Shown: positions 33,213 to 43,813 of the stretch, one piece after another | Layout: the number at the start of each line of letters is the position of its first letter | How positions within the stretch are numbered: position 1 is the first letter of the stretch | Origin: Flectonema sp. DT1601 | Lineage: Eukaryota | DNA: 64,000 nucleotides | Assembly (NCBI GenBank): GCA_964019425.1 | Contig: OZ025799.1 | Coordinates: 682,001 to 746,000, forward strand | Reading direction: 5' to 3' | The notes under the pieces: model-generated | What the model was told of the DNA's origin: nothing | What the model saw: the letters and a program-made list of their open reading frames with translations, nothing else | Databases searched by the model: none | Program-made: the position numbers and the translations under genes

Positions 33213-36200
33213 CTAAACAGTAACTACTCTCACATCGTCTCTTTGTTTAATGTAAAGAGCAGTTCCGATACCAACAGCAGCACCAGTAGCAGCACCCGCT
33301 GCAGTGTAAATAGCAATAACTTCAGGAGGAGGAGGTTGTGAGATTGATGTCGCTGTCACAGTTGGAAAGGAATAAGAAGATGCTAACTGAGTATGACCTG
33401 CGTGAGTAAATGAAGACTTAGCAGCTACGACAGCTGCCTTAGATGCTGCCGAGAGTGATGATTTCGTAACAGGCAAAGCAATGGACCCCACAGGTATCGA
33501 AAGTGCTGTCTTTTTAGCAGCAGCCTGCGCAGCATAAGCAGCCGATGCTGTCGCCGTGTTCACAGCGTTGGCCGCCGCGACAGATATCGGAACACTGCCA
33601 CCTCCCGCAATTGGAACACCAGAAGTCATTACAACACTACCTGACACAAACATATGAGCTACTACCCAACCCATTACTGCACCACATAATACACCAACAC
33701 CTGAACCAATAACTATCTTCTTTAAGGTTGGTCCTGACATGCAATATGTTTTATCTTTTCCATTAGTCACATCATCGTCGAATTCCTGATCGATTCCCCG
33801 TCCCCTGCGAGTTTGTAGTCTACCCCGTTCAGTTCCTTGTTGTTGAGCACTTAGTACTTCCCTTTGTATCTTTGACTGATCTGGAGCACGCTGCACAACA
33901 GCGGGCTTGGCCTTCGATTGCTGACCGAAGCCAGCCACCAACGCATTGCTGTTATCTGATTGTACGATGTTGCGAGTCACACGTATTACTGAAACATTTT
34001 TCGGTTCACTCCTTTGGGGTGCACCACTCTGATCAGAAACACGCGTAGACTGATTGAACCCAGCAACCAGCGCGCAACTATCAGCGTCTCCAGCAGGTTC
34101 GATACTGCGTGCAATGCGTTTTATTTCCAATACGAGATTACTCTTCGGAGAAGTACTGCGTTCGTTCTGTTTGTTGCGTTGTAGTTCATCACTTCCAGGG
34201 AAGGTATTCTCCCTTTGAGATGATTTGGTTTCGGTGTTTGCGAAACCTGCGACAACACTTTCTGATGGGATATGTGAGTTGTGAATTCCATCCCGAGTTT
34301 TTACTCGTCCCTCACGTGAAGAGCTGTTGTTGTGCATCAGAGGCCTGCTATCACGTGGGGTGCTGTAGTTGGCAGCTTGCGATGACTCGTATTCGTTGTC
34401 GTGGGAGAATCGATTACGAAATTGAGAATCTGATAACTCTCCAAGTCTAAAGGACTCAAGGCTACGGCGTGCAGTAGAGTCTACTGAGTGGGTTAGTGAA
34501 GGATCGATTATGGTAACCTCCTTGCTCCTGTTAACACCAAACTGATTGTATTGTCTGCCAGTGTTATATCGTAATTCATTGAGCAATTGTTCCTTTTCCT
34601 TCACAGAATTCTTCTTGAGTGCTTCCTTTAGAATATCCCTTGTGTCATTAATACAGTCACTAGTTGTTAAGTATTGTTTGGAATACTTTGCATTTGATCG
34701 GAGCTGATTTCCCCAACACGATGGTCGACTGCTGTTGTAATTAGTGGATTCAATTTCAACAACCATATCAGGTTGTGTCGAATAAGATGCCGCCCTTGCA
34801 GTGCGAAACAACAACTTCGAGTCATTGAAACGGCTGACAGCACATTTCGAACTGCAAAGTTTATTGCTGCTATCTGATTGTGTATTTTGAAAGATGTGAT
34901 CATCAATGGTGTTTCTGCGCTGAATGCTGCTAATGTTGTCGTAATTGGTGTAGTCAGCACCTGCTCTGTTATCAGTTCTCTGACTACCACTTGCTTGGTC
35001 TTGAAATACTGTGCGGCTGTTGTCGTAAAGTCTGCTTTCTAATAAGCCTCCTGCTTGACTACTCTGAACTAAATGTGAGTGACTGTGAGCGCCACCTTCA
35101 CTGTAGACGTTAGTACTTGCGCCAGTGTTGAGCACATTTCCCTGACTAACGTGTGGTTGCTCACTTTGTAATATCGAATGATTTCCACTCGTATTACTAA
35201 CTCTGTGGGTTTCGTTTTCTGGGGAGTTACTCGTTGGGAGTACTTTTGAGTGACATGGAGCACCTTGGCCACTACCTGTTGGGTAGTAGAAGTCAGCACC
35301 TGCCCTGTTTACGTCATCAGTTCTCTGACTACCACCCGCTTGGTCTTGAAATACTGTGCGGCTGTTGTCGTAAAGTCTGCTTTCTAATAAGCCTCCTGCT
35401 TGACTACTCTGAACTAAATGTGAGTGACTGTGAGCGCCACCTTCACTGTAGACGTTAGTACTTGCGCCAGTGTTGAGCACATTTCCCTGACTAACGTGTG
35501 GTTGCTCACTTTGTAATATCGAATGATTTCCACTCGTATTACTAACTCTGTGGGTTTCGTTTTCTGGGGAGTTACTCGTTGGGAGTACTTTTGAGTGACA
35601 TGGAGCACCTTGGCCACTACCTGTTGGGTAGTAGAAGTCAGCACCTGCCCTGTTTACGTCATCAGTTCTCTGACTACCACCCGCTTGGTCTTGAAATACT
35701 GTGCGGCTGTTGTCGTAAAGTCTGCTTTCTAATAAGCCTCCTGCTTGACTACTCTGAACTAAATGTGAGTGACTGTGAGCGCCACCTTCACTGTAGACGT
35801 TAGTACTTGCGTTAGTGTTGAGCACATTTCCCTGACTAACGTGTGGTTGCTCACTTTGTAATATCGAATGATTTCCACTCGTATTACTAACTCTGTGGGT
35901 TTCGTTTTCTGGGGAGTTGCTCTCTTGGAGTATTTTTGAACTTTGAACGCCTCCATCACCGCTTGCGATGTTTTTGCTAATTTGATGACCTCCCGTAACC
36001 AGATTGGATTCAAAATCGAGTTGTTTCGAACCTTCTTCGAGTGGGACATCAGAATGATAATGAGAAAGTAATCTCTCAGTTACTTGTGAACAGTTGACAG
36101 CGTGACTACCATCAGACTTGGAGTTGAATTGATTATTAGAATCACTCTCTTGTAGTTTTAAATGGTCTTGTGTCTGTAATGAACTACCATCTCTGTGACT

Positions 36201-37463
36201 GCCATCATTCGTATTGAATTGGTTATTAATTTTAATAGAATTCGTTTCTTCATTCTCAGGATTGGTATTTCTTTTTATATCAGTTGAGTAGTTGCTGGTA
36301 TTGGACAGCTCATTTATTTCATTGAGAATACCACGAGCCCTTCTGGTGATATGAACTTCACTAGAGGTGTGGGAACCACTACCTGCGGCAGTACCGCTCT
36401 GGTCTTTTATATTATTATTGCTGGAGCTCTCTCTTTGTGAAGAAGTACCGCTTTGAACATTCTCTTGTTGATTAGTATTTAAATATTGCAACTTGTTGCT
36501 TACATCACACGGCTGCTTACCATCACGGGAATGTCTGCTGCCTTTACCGAGATCCAAAACGTTTAACTGATTTGAAGGGGAATCGAACTGGACGTCTCTC
36601 TCAGAGCTGGGGTGCTGGTGATAGTGTTGCATCAGGTTTGAGGTGTTTCCCGGAGGCTGAGAATTCAGCTTAACATCATCCTGCTGATGAAAGTCGTCGT
36701 ATTGCTGGGAATTATATTTCGTATTCTGTTCAGAGTTTAGGTGAGATTGCTCGCACACAAAACCTTCTCGTGTTTGTGAATTGTTTAGTTCCTCAGAGCG
36801 ATGATATTGATTACCATATTGCATATCATTTTGACGTTGAAGGTGTTGGTTAATATCACTGTGCCGGCTACCAGTAAAGCTGCCGAGGCCAGAGTGTTGA
36901 TTCTGTTCAGGGAGTTCATGGAAACTATTCTTTGTGTTTCTGTCAGGACTAGAGGAGTGAGATGTATTCCTGTTATAATATCTCCCTCTCCACCCTTTGA
37001 TAGGAGTTGGGTTACTCTGTGTGATCCTTGAGTGATGACTGTCAGTAATGTTGTTGTGTTTTGATGAAAGAGTTTGAAGTATTTCACTTCCTTCTGGTGT
37101 AGTAGTTCTCATCGCTTCCAAGTCGTGTAGGTTGGAGTGACTTGTGGGGACTGTGAGAGGATCCGTATCCCAAATACTTGGTCTTGCAGTTTGAAATTCA
37201 CCACCAACATGACGAAGGGATTCAGGTAGCTTCCTAATGTTATTGTTGCTCTGTTTGCGAGTGTCGTATTTTGAATTTTCACTTCCCCTAGTATTTAAGT
37301 CGATCCCATCATCAGCTCGGTATAAATTATGATACCTTCGAATGCCTTCTGGTGGTGGACTTCCATTTGTTCTCATCAAATTCATTTCCGAAGGCATCCC
37401 TTCCGCACGACGTGCAGCTGGAACTGCGAGGGACTCCGTTGGAGTAATGTTGCACCTCTGCAT
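33213..37463 (-). CDS. Large low-complexity protein with 115-aa tandem repeats and C-terminal hydrophobic segments
   Basis: 1416-aa uninterrupted ORF, S/N/Q/H-rich, with two Gly/Ala-rich hydrophobic stretches at the C-terminus. Confidence 0.85.
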   Translation of the reverse strand: MQRCNITPTESLAVPAARRAEGMPSEMNLMRTNGSPPPEGIRRYHNLYRADDGIDLNTRGSENSKYDTRKQSNNNIRKLPESLRHVGGEFQTARPSIWDTDPLTVPTSHSNLHDLEAMRTTTPEGSEILQTLSSKHNNITDSHHSRITQSNPTPIKGWRGRYYNRNTSHSSSPDRNTKNSFHELPEQNQHSGLGSFTGSRHSDINQHLQRQNDMQYGNQYHRSEELNNSQTREGFVCEQSHLNSEQNTKYNSQQYDDFHQQDDVKLNSQPPGNTSNLMQHYHQHPSSERDVQFDSPSNQLNVLDLGKGSRHSRDGKQPCDVSNKLQYLNTNQQENVQSGTSSQRESSSNNNIKDQSGTAAGSGSHTSSEVHITRRARGILNEINELSNTSNYSTDIKRNTNPENEETNSIKINNQFNTNDGSHRDGSSLQTQDHLKLQESDSNNQFNSKSDGSHAVNCSQVTERLLSHYHSDVPLEEGSKQLDFESNLVTGGHQISKNIASGDGGVQSSKILQESNSPENETHRVSNTSGNHSILQSEQPHVSQGNVLNTNASTNVYSEGGAHSHSHLVQSSQAGGLLESRLYDNSRTVFQDQAGGSQRTDDVNRAGADFYYPTGSGQGAPCHSKVLPTSNSPENETHRVSNTSGNHSILQSEQPHVSQGNVLNTGASTNVYSEGGAHSHSHLVQSSQAGGLLESRLYDNSRTVFQDQAGGSQRTDDVNRAGADFYYPTGSGQGAPCHSKVLPTSNSPENETHRVSNTSGNHSILQSEQPHVSQGNVLNTGASTNVYSEGGAHSHSHLVQSSQAGGLLESRLYDNSRTVFQDQASGSQRTDNRAGADYTNYDNISSIQRRNTIDDHIFQNTQSDSSNKLCSSKCAVSRFNDSKLLFRTARAASYSTQPDMVVEIESTNYNSSRPSCWGNQLRSNAKYSKQYLTTSDCINDTRDILKEALKKNSVKEKEQLLNELRYNTGRQYNQFGVNRSKEVTIIDPSLTHSVDSTARRSLESFRLGELSDSQFRNRFSHDNEYESSQAANYSTPRDSRPLMHNNSSSREGRVKTRDGIHNSHIPSESVVAGFANTETKSSQRENTFPGSDELQRNKQNERSTSPKSNLVLEIKRIARSIEPAGDADSCALVAGFNQSTRVSDQSGAPQRSEPKNVSVIRVTRNIVQSDNSNALVAGFGQQSKAKPAVVQRAPDQSKIQREVLSAQQQGTERGRLQTRRGRGIDQEFDDDVTNGKDKTYCMSGPTLKKIVIGSGVGVLCGAVMGWVVAHMFVSGSVVMTSGVPIAGGGSVPISVAAANAVNTATASAAYAAQAAAKKTALSIPVGSIALPVTKSSLSAASKAAVVAAKSSFTHAGHTQLASSYSFPTVTATSISQPPPPEVIAIYTAAGAATGAAVGIGTALYIKQRDDVRVVTV
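34953..35922. repeat. 345-bp coding tandem repeat, about 2.8 near-identical copies
   Basis: Identical blocks recur at a 345-bp period (ORF-track ends at 35069, 35414, 35759). Confidence 0.92.
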
Positions 37464-39134
37464 TCTGTGAGAGTGCTGTTAATGAATGAAATAAAAATCA
37501 GTTCAATTTAACGACATCAACGGAGTTAGGGGGACGGACGTATAATTTGCCGAGTTAGTTCGTGTCGGTGTCTAAAAAAAGGAACTTTGAAAACGAAAAA
37601 AAAAAGGGAGCTAAAACATTAATCGGCAACTTAGTACCGACAGTCAATATTAAGCTTTTAAAAAGTTGTCGGTAAGTTTCATTAGGATAGCTGAAACTTG
37701 CTAATCAACCATATGTCTTTCTTAGTATTGCCGATATTAATTTGAATAGCAAGAGTGTCGTGTTAACTCCTTCCGAGTATTGTTTAATGGTAATTCTCCT
37801 GAAAGAATTTTTGTCGATCGTGAAATGGTTTTCTTTGTTCGTGTGGAAAATCGGCAAAAGGGTGGGTAGGGGTGTTGGAAAGTGGGGGACTTGGATAAAT
37901 AAATCAAGGTTAACACGCAACAAATTAGACATGAATCATTATAACTGGATTCTGTCCACACAAAATCGCATGCTTTAAATAAACTAAAAAGGGGGAACTT
38001 GGATAAATAAATCAATAAAAAGGGGGAGGGGGACAAAAACAAATATCGTTGGGACACCAAGACCGGTGCGAACAAGAAGCGAAGAGTGTCCTTCACTGCC
38101 ACTTCACGTAAAAACAGCCAAAAAAAACATGGCTTGAGCGAAGAAAATGGAGAGAAAAAGAGATGCCGAAGAAGAAAGAATAGCTTAAGAGGCTCAAGCC
38201 TCTCGGGTGCTTACTAGTAAACAGCTGAGAAATAAATGTCCCCCAATGTGAGCTTAAGTTTTTATGTTGGATGCGAAGCGTCAGACGATCAGAAATACGC
38301 CCCAATTTTTTCCTTCAGAGAGCGGTTGCTGCGGGCCTCGTTGCACGCAGTCCTTCCACACGAGTTCCCAGCAGCTGAGCACACATTCTCCCTCCCGCAG
38401 CCCCACTTGCATCCGTATTTGAACGTCCGCTCACCCCCCCTGGACTCTACTTTGGCGCCGACCTTTCCAATCCCGACGCTCGCACTGGTTCTCGCTGCAT
38501 TGTGCGACATGGTAGCGCAGGGTCGATGTTGTGTGTGGGTTGAAAGGAACAAAAACCTGTTTGCGAGGAGTGGGAGGGGTTTTAATTTTTTTTTTTTTGA
38601 ACTAAGATCCAAAGGCAAGTTTCTTTAATAACAATAAATTATTTTCTACCTACCTCGTTCTATTTTCTAAGGTTTTTCAAAGAAATGAAAAAAAAATAAA
38701 ATAAATAAACTATCCACTACATAAAGTAACGATTTCCGTTGTAAAAATGCAGTCTCATCCTTGTGATGGAAGCATGAAAAAAAAAGTTGCCGGGGTGATT
38801 GCAAGACTCATTCCGAGACATTAATCCCTAATAGGGGTATGGCCAATAAATAAAAAACAGCCTTAAGCCGGCAATACAGGTCCTTACAATATAGCAGTAG
38901 CATATTAGACGGTAACTCAGTACCGTAGCATTGCAATAAGTGGTGGAGTTAGCATCAGTAATTCTAGTATAATAAAAAATAGAGATAAGTAAAAGAAAAG
39001 TATTCATTTCTGCAGTTTCCTAACATCAAAGGGTAATAGAATATGTAGTTTTTCTACTTGTCCCTTTTTTAGGCCTTCATCAGTAAGTTGTAAGGGACTT
39101 CATTCTATGTTGAAGCAGAGAGTAGTTAAGAAGA

Positions 39135-39491
39135 TTAATTCTTCTTTTGTTTTAACATTTCTTTCAATGATTCAATTTTGGCTTCCAATTCGTCGATACG
39201 AACTTCACTTCGCTTAGCGTGACTTTCAAAGGCAGCTCTCGTAGCAACATGTTCCACATTGTGAGCATCATTAATACTTTCTGCTTGTTTGTTTAATAGT
39301 TGTTGCTGTTTGAAGAACGCATATTTTTCTTCTGCAGACATTTTTTTATTGGCTTCTATCCAAGTCATGTCGTCAGTGTCGTTGTTTTGGTGCATATGAA
39401 ATCTCTTTGCAATCACTACTCCAGCAGGGAATAACCACTTTGTGGCGGCTCTCTTCATTCCCATGATTGCTACTTTTCTAATTGTATTCAT
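39135..39491 (-). CDS. Probable mitochondrial ATP synthase inhibitor IF1-like protein
   Basis: ATG at 39491 (MNTIRKV). Basic presequence, MSAEEKYAFFKQQQLL resembling the IF1 AEEERYF..EQL segment, His residues and a C-terminal coiled coil. Confidence 0.6.
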   Translation of the reverse strand: MNTIRKVAIMGMKRAATKWLFPAGVVIAKRFHMHQNNDTDDMTWIEANKKMSAEEKYAFFKQQQLLNKQAESINDAHNVEHVATRAAFESHAKRSEVRIDELEAKIESLKEMLKQKKN

Positions 39492-39741
39492 ATTCTTTAA
39501 CTTCTTGTTGGTGTTGTTGTTGTGTGTATGCTTTGCGATATATAGAAAATAGTAAAATGCTAACATACAAAGTAACATTATCAACAGAATCAATACAGAC
39601 ACTGACAAAGGCAAACGCGGGTGAGGTGCGATGGCAATTTTTTCGTTTCTTTTCCTTTTTTTTTTTTTTTTTTCTTATGTTTTCTTAAAAAATGACTTTC
39701 GATTATATTTAAGTTCTTTTCTAAAGACTTTTTCTTCGAAG

Positions 39742-39776
<35 letters not shown>

Positions 39777-40551
39777 CTCACGGGGAAACTTGAATCACAA
39801 TTTTTTTTTTTCCTTCTTCGACGCGAAAGGTTCGCTTTTCCTAGACAGGATTGACTTGGACTGGTTGTAAGGCATGATTCACTCAAGACTTCTAGAGAAG
39901 CATTGATGATATAACGTGTTCGGCTTTCCAACTGAAGGACCATAACAGTCTTTCATTGAATTATACAACTAAAAAATTAATATCGATCGTTTTCTACACA
40001 ACTTGAAAATAAAAAAAAATAAAAATATATAAATACTACTAAAGGAAGAAAGGGTGGGCAGACATTCAATAAATTCTCTGTACTCACTGTGAGAGCTTAA
40101 TGACGACGTCTTCAGAATAATCAAAACCCTCTACGAAACTCTATTCCTTAAAAAGAAAATTGAAAAGGGGACAACTTTAAAACTGCATGGAGCACCTATA
40201 AAGTACCGAAACAGTAGTTTTTAATAACAAGTAATTTCCCCTCCTCATTTCTAGAGAAGACGCCTATCTCTTTTTGAAATTAAAAAGGATAACAAAATAA
40301 AATTATACGCCCAGAAAAAAGAAAATAAAGCACGCAGTAGGACGATGCCTGACAGTAAGAGGTTTAAATTTTTCAGGGTTCCCAGAACTTAATAGGTTGG
40401 TTTTTAATTTTCTACTCCATTATTGGATAAGTGATTTTATAAAAACACGAATACCTTCAAAGGGAGAAAACATAAAGTTCCAACCATCAGCTGGCATACA
40501 TAGGGAGTATTGTATCTGTTGGTTAACAATTTACGTAAAAAATAATAATAA

Positions 40552-43500
40552 TTATGTAACGATGGCTGATACACATTCTCCATCTGACGGTGCCGGTGAC
40601 ATCTTTGGAACGGTTGCCATAGAGACAGCGACCGCTGCTACCGGGTGAAATGAAAGTAGAACCTTCCCTCCTAATTTGACAACTGATTTAGTAAACGGAG
40701 CTTCCGTTGGTGAAAATTCAATGTAAGGAGCAGCACCCTTACCCAACATAACTTCATCAAAAGTAGAGTTGCATAGCTCTGCTGAAAACGATTTAAATGC
40801 TCGTAATTTATACCATTTTACTACTCCCCAGTCAGGTACTCGGAGCCCGATCAATCCATCACTAGAAACACCAATAAATTCTGACAATATTCTTATATAA
40901 ACTCCCCTTGATTGATGTAGAATTAGTCTGTTTAAGGTCATTAGCATTTTATCATATGCAATGTGACATTTTATTTCATGACGAGCGTCATCTTCGAGAA
41001 GTTTTTGAAGTGTGCTCGGCTTCCAAGGTCCCATTCCTTGTTCCATAGCAGGGAGTGAGACTACTATTTCTCCCTGTTTTACTGGTCGTAGTTCTGTTAG
41101 ATTCGACTTTATCAGTCTGCTGATAATTCTCTGAACAACAATATCAGCGTATCTGTTGAAAGGAGAAGTGATGTGAGTTGATAACGACTCATTGTCAACC
41201 CATTCCCAATCACGTAATAATTCAGTTGATCCCCCTCTTGACCATAGTCTACTTCTCAACACGTTGGGACTTCCTTCTGAGTGAAATACTGATAGATGAA
41301 TAGGCAGGTTTGATGAATGCGTCGGACTAACTCCAGCTGGCCGGATTAATTTTCTGTGAGGTATGACACCAATCGGAGCAATGGGTTGCATGTACTGTAA
41401 TATTATGGAATTCGCAGTTTCCTCTGCGAATCCTTTAATGCGAGACATTCCCAATGGAGGGAGGGAATTTCTAAATGTCATTTCCTGAAGCGGATCGATA
41501 GCATCTTCAGCCCCCATCGCAAGTCTATATAACTTTCTAACGTGTTGATGTGGAGCGAGAACATCTGCTGAACTAGTTTGGTCTCCAATACACTTTATAA
41601 AAGCTTTAACTTCACTTAATATATGAACAGGGTTATCTAACTGAGTTGTTCCAGTTATTGGAACTGCGAGGTGAGGAGATCCCAACAAAATAGATTCAAA
41701 ATCACTTTCAGTTATCGTACAGCGTGCAGACACAGCACTTTGACCACACCAAGTATCTCTTGGAGTGGAATCGTTATCAGATACTGTCCACATCATACTA
41801 AAGCATTTCCTTGCTACTCCTGCTTCGAGAGAGAGTCGGGTCTGTTTTTGATTTTGTTTTAACATTCGCCGTGAGGATGTTTTTATGTACATAAAAACAA
41901 AAAAAAAGAAACACCCCCCCATACCTGAACAATAGCAGGAAACATCTTATGAATAACATGAGGTAATGTAATTGTTGAGAGACGACGACGGAGAACTTTA
42001 TCCAGACTTGATCCTTCTCTGATTAGCGACCCAACATCGAGAACGTGCACTCCAAGTCGATAGGTTCCTTTCCTGTTTTATTTATTAAAGTAGTTTGTTC
42101 AACCAAGACAAACTTGTTGTTAATAATACAATATTCAAAGACATACTCCAATTCACTGCATGAGAAAGCAGTTGAAACAGTGATATCAACTGATGGGGAG
42201 AGAACGAATGGTCTGCATGTCTCTCTAAGATCTTTAATAAGACCCTCGTCGATATCTGTTAATAGCTCCTTTGATGAATTGTTTAACTCGGTGAGGAATT
42301 CTGTATGAAATTCATCATCAGGTTCTAATCTAGGAGAGGCTGGCATAAACTTTATCCGACCTAATTCAGCTAAAATAATCCTCTCCTCAACTAGAAATGG
42401 TGACTCTGAACCAGAACCAACAACACCAACGAGAGATGCCACAGGTAGACGAGATATTATAGACCAGTCTGGGTGGATATCGACGGCTACTGTTGGACGC
42501 TGTGCTAAGTTCAGTTCCTCAAAGTCGCTAACTGGCATTAGTAATTTCGGAAAAGCGTTATTCAGAGGGACGACAACACCGTAGCCATCAACGGCTTCTG
42601 GATCCAGACCAGCGTCTTCACCGACGACAGCGAAGACGGTTTCTGTTGTTGCTCGAGTTTTGATTGAGACAACTGACCCGATAATCACTGAATCAGGGCA
42701 TCGATCATCCCATCGTAAGTTAGCTGCCATACATTCTGGAACAGGTGTATCTTCATACTCAACAACAACTGTATCACCAGGAAGCGCTCTATTTCTCTTT
42801 GGACAGAAGTATTGACAACTTGTTGAGTCTGGAACCATTAAACTACAAACACCACCATCAGAACTTGTTATTTCTTTTTTAGTATCAATGTAAGCAGCTT
42901 CATCACTCCAATTATTGATACGAAGTACACCAGTCACCATCTTCTTACCATTCTTGATTTCTGTATCAATTTCTGACCAGGTTAAGTGAGGAGTGTAGAG
43001 CGACAACAAAGTGCTTTTTTGAGGCTTTTTAGGTCTTCTAGATCCTCCTGCAGAGCGGCTACGATGACTGGCTCCAGAAACTGAACGCCTAGCAGACTCC
43101 GGAGACGCGCGGTAAGAACGACTTCGAACTCTGCTGCTTCCTGGTGGAGAAGACTGAGGTGAGGCGATTGAGTAAAGTGATTTAGGTGGAATAGGACTTA
43201 CCTTAAAGGGGCTCTTCGACATAATACGAGCACTACATATTGGAGTAGCCTCTTGAGAAGAAGGACCAGGTGTGTCAGATATATAACTGACATGCTCTGC
43301 TCCATTCACTAAAGAGGATAACCTTTTTCCATCTTTTGGAATTGATGGGGACAGCGTACGTCTTTCAGCTCTGCCTCTTGCTGGCTTTTTTTGCGTTTGT
43401 GAAGTTCTTCTTGCGGGGATGGGCTGTTGATGAGAAACAGTTGACCTTGGAGTATTCTTTAACCTAAAAGGAATACCAGCAGTAGTAGACAATACTCTTT

Positions 43501-43813
43501 TATAAGTATTTCTCGTATTGTGACGACTGTACTCAGATGTTGGTGGTGATCGAGACCTCGTCCTGATACCATTCCCACTGAGAACGTACTGAACTGCTCG
43601 TTGATCTCGTAAGCTCGCCATAGTCAAGATAGGTCCTCCACCAGTACTGTAGAATCCTTTAACCTGTCTCGTGAGTCCTAATCCAGCTATGACTGCTGCG
43701 GCGAAAGATTCCATAGACGCGTAATTTGTTGGGAAGTGAGTTGGTTGTCGCTTACGTTTCGTACTACCACCATGTTCTGATACGGCAACGGTGTGCTTAC
43801 TCTCCCGCAACAT
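40552..43813 (-). CDS. Dis3L2/RNase II (RNB)-family protein, catalytically degenerate; exons 43813-42147, 42072-41925, 41841-40552
   Basis: Cold-shock-domain motifs GVLRIN and RNRALPGDTVVV. The spliced RNB reads DLRETCRPFVLSPSVDITVSTAFSCSELEKGTYRLGVHVLDVGSLIREGSSLDK...KMFP..LSLEAGVARKCFS, and later HITSPFNRYADIVVQR. Introns of 74 and 83 nt (GT-AG) keep the frame. Confidence 0.85.

Noticed and set aside
42023..42146. ORF-track C-terminus of 42023-43813 and a separate gene at 40552-41922
   Set aside because: Read-through into introns; both ORFs are exons of one RNB-family gene.
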